Positions 56,174 to 56,631 of a stretch of DNA of 56,631 nt are shown piece after piece. The first letter of the stretch is position 1; each line of letters starts with the position of its first letter. The stretch comes from a virus (taxonomy: Duplodnaviria > Caudoviricetes): IMG/VR virus record IMGVR_UViG_3300045421_000607, positions 1 through 56,631 of that record; one strand, given 5' to 3'. Under the pieces are notes generated by a model. The model was given only the letters and a program-made list of their open reading frames with translations, made no database searches and was not told the origin of the DNA. A program made the translations under genes and the position numbers.

Positions 56174-56631
56174 GTGAATAAGCTTAAAAATTTATTCAAT
56201 TGGTTTGGATGGAAAAGTAAACTAACATTAGTACTTTTGATCAATGGGACGATAGCTTATTATGGGGTTCAATTTGGATTTTATTTAGCAAAAGATCATA
56301 GTATATCTAAACTTCCTAATTCTTGCTTTGTTGATTCTGTGGCATTTGCTTCTTATGCTAATTATATATTATCTAGTAAAAATACATGGGCTCAAATTTA
56401 TGCTTTTCAATATCATTATACAGATGAATTAAATAATTTTTCAACTATTTTTAATAAAAATTTAATAGAGCGCACAGCTTCTATACCCAAGTATAGAGGA
56501 CACTCAATATGCGTTTTCGAATATAAAGGTATACTCTGGGTTTATGATAGTAATCATGGAACAATGCCAGTTGGTGTTGCTGGTAATAGATCAGAGTATC
56601 AAATAAGAATAACAAAATGGATTGAAAAGAA
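56174..56631 (+). CDS. Membrane-anchored transglutaminase/papain-like Cys-His-Asp protein (runs off the window end; not in the ORF track)
   Basis: GTG start 13 nt after GTGTAA; TM segment, then NSCFVDS...GHSICVFEYKGILWVYDSN. Confidence 0.65.
   Translation, partial: MNKLKNLFNWFGWKSKLTLVLLINGTIAYYGVQFGFYLAKDHSISKLPNSCFVDSVAFASYANYILSSKNTWAQIYAFQYHYTDELNNFSTIFNKNLIERTASIPKYRGHSICVFEYKGILWVYDSNHGTMPVGVAGNRSEYQIRITKWIEK

Noticed and set aside
1-56631. Stop-codon reassignment as seen in some large phages
   Set aside because: Conserved genes are full length under code 11, and TAA, TGA and TAG all terminate genes.

Overview
A very AT-rich (roughly 70% by eye), densely coded segment of a large dsDNA bacteriophage genome that uses the standard genetic code. 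From left to right it holds: the end of a repeat-rich virion gene; glycosyltransferases, including an Aah/TibC-type heptosyltransferase; a replication/recombination block (Whirly-like SSB, a DnaE polymerase split into PHP, exonuclease and catalytic genes, a Cas4/RecB-like nuclease, primase, ThyX, DnaB, RecA); a glycan biosynthesis island (gmd, GT11, GT2s); nrdA-SET-nrdB; a phage sigma factor; nucleotide-rebalancing enzymes (dNMP kinase, dCMP deaminase, GMP reductase/IMPDH, PurA); a carbamoyltransferase; large tail/receptor-binding genes; tandem Cys-rich (Pro-Ser)n genes beside an SdpA/SdpB(HTTM)-like pair; and a tmRNA. The most unusual signals are: (1) a complete group I ribozyme core at ~41700-42085 that interrupts no gene, starts right after a phage promoter motif, has paired 5' and 3' ends and has a P1-like helix downstream of the core, suggesting a naturally circularly permuted group I intron; (2) an unidentified ~280-nt RNA with two candidate pseudoknots and its own promoter upstream of nrdA; (3) Cys-rich duplicated genes differing almost only by non-synonymous changes, next to a possible maturation system; (4) two promoter classes (sigma70-type and a GTGTAA motif), both giving near-leaderless mRNAs. 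All protein calls come from motif recognition by eye; no database searches were run.
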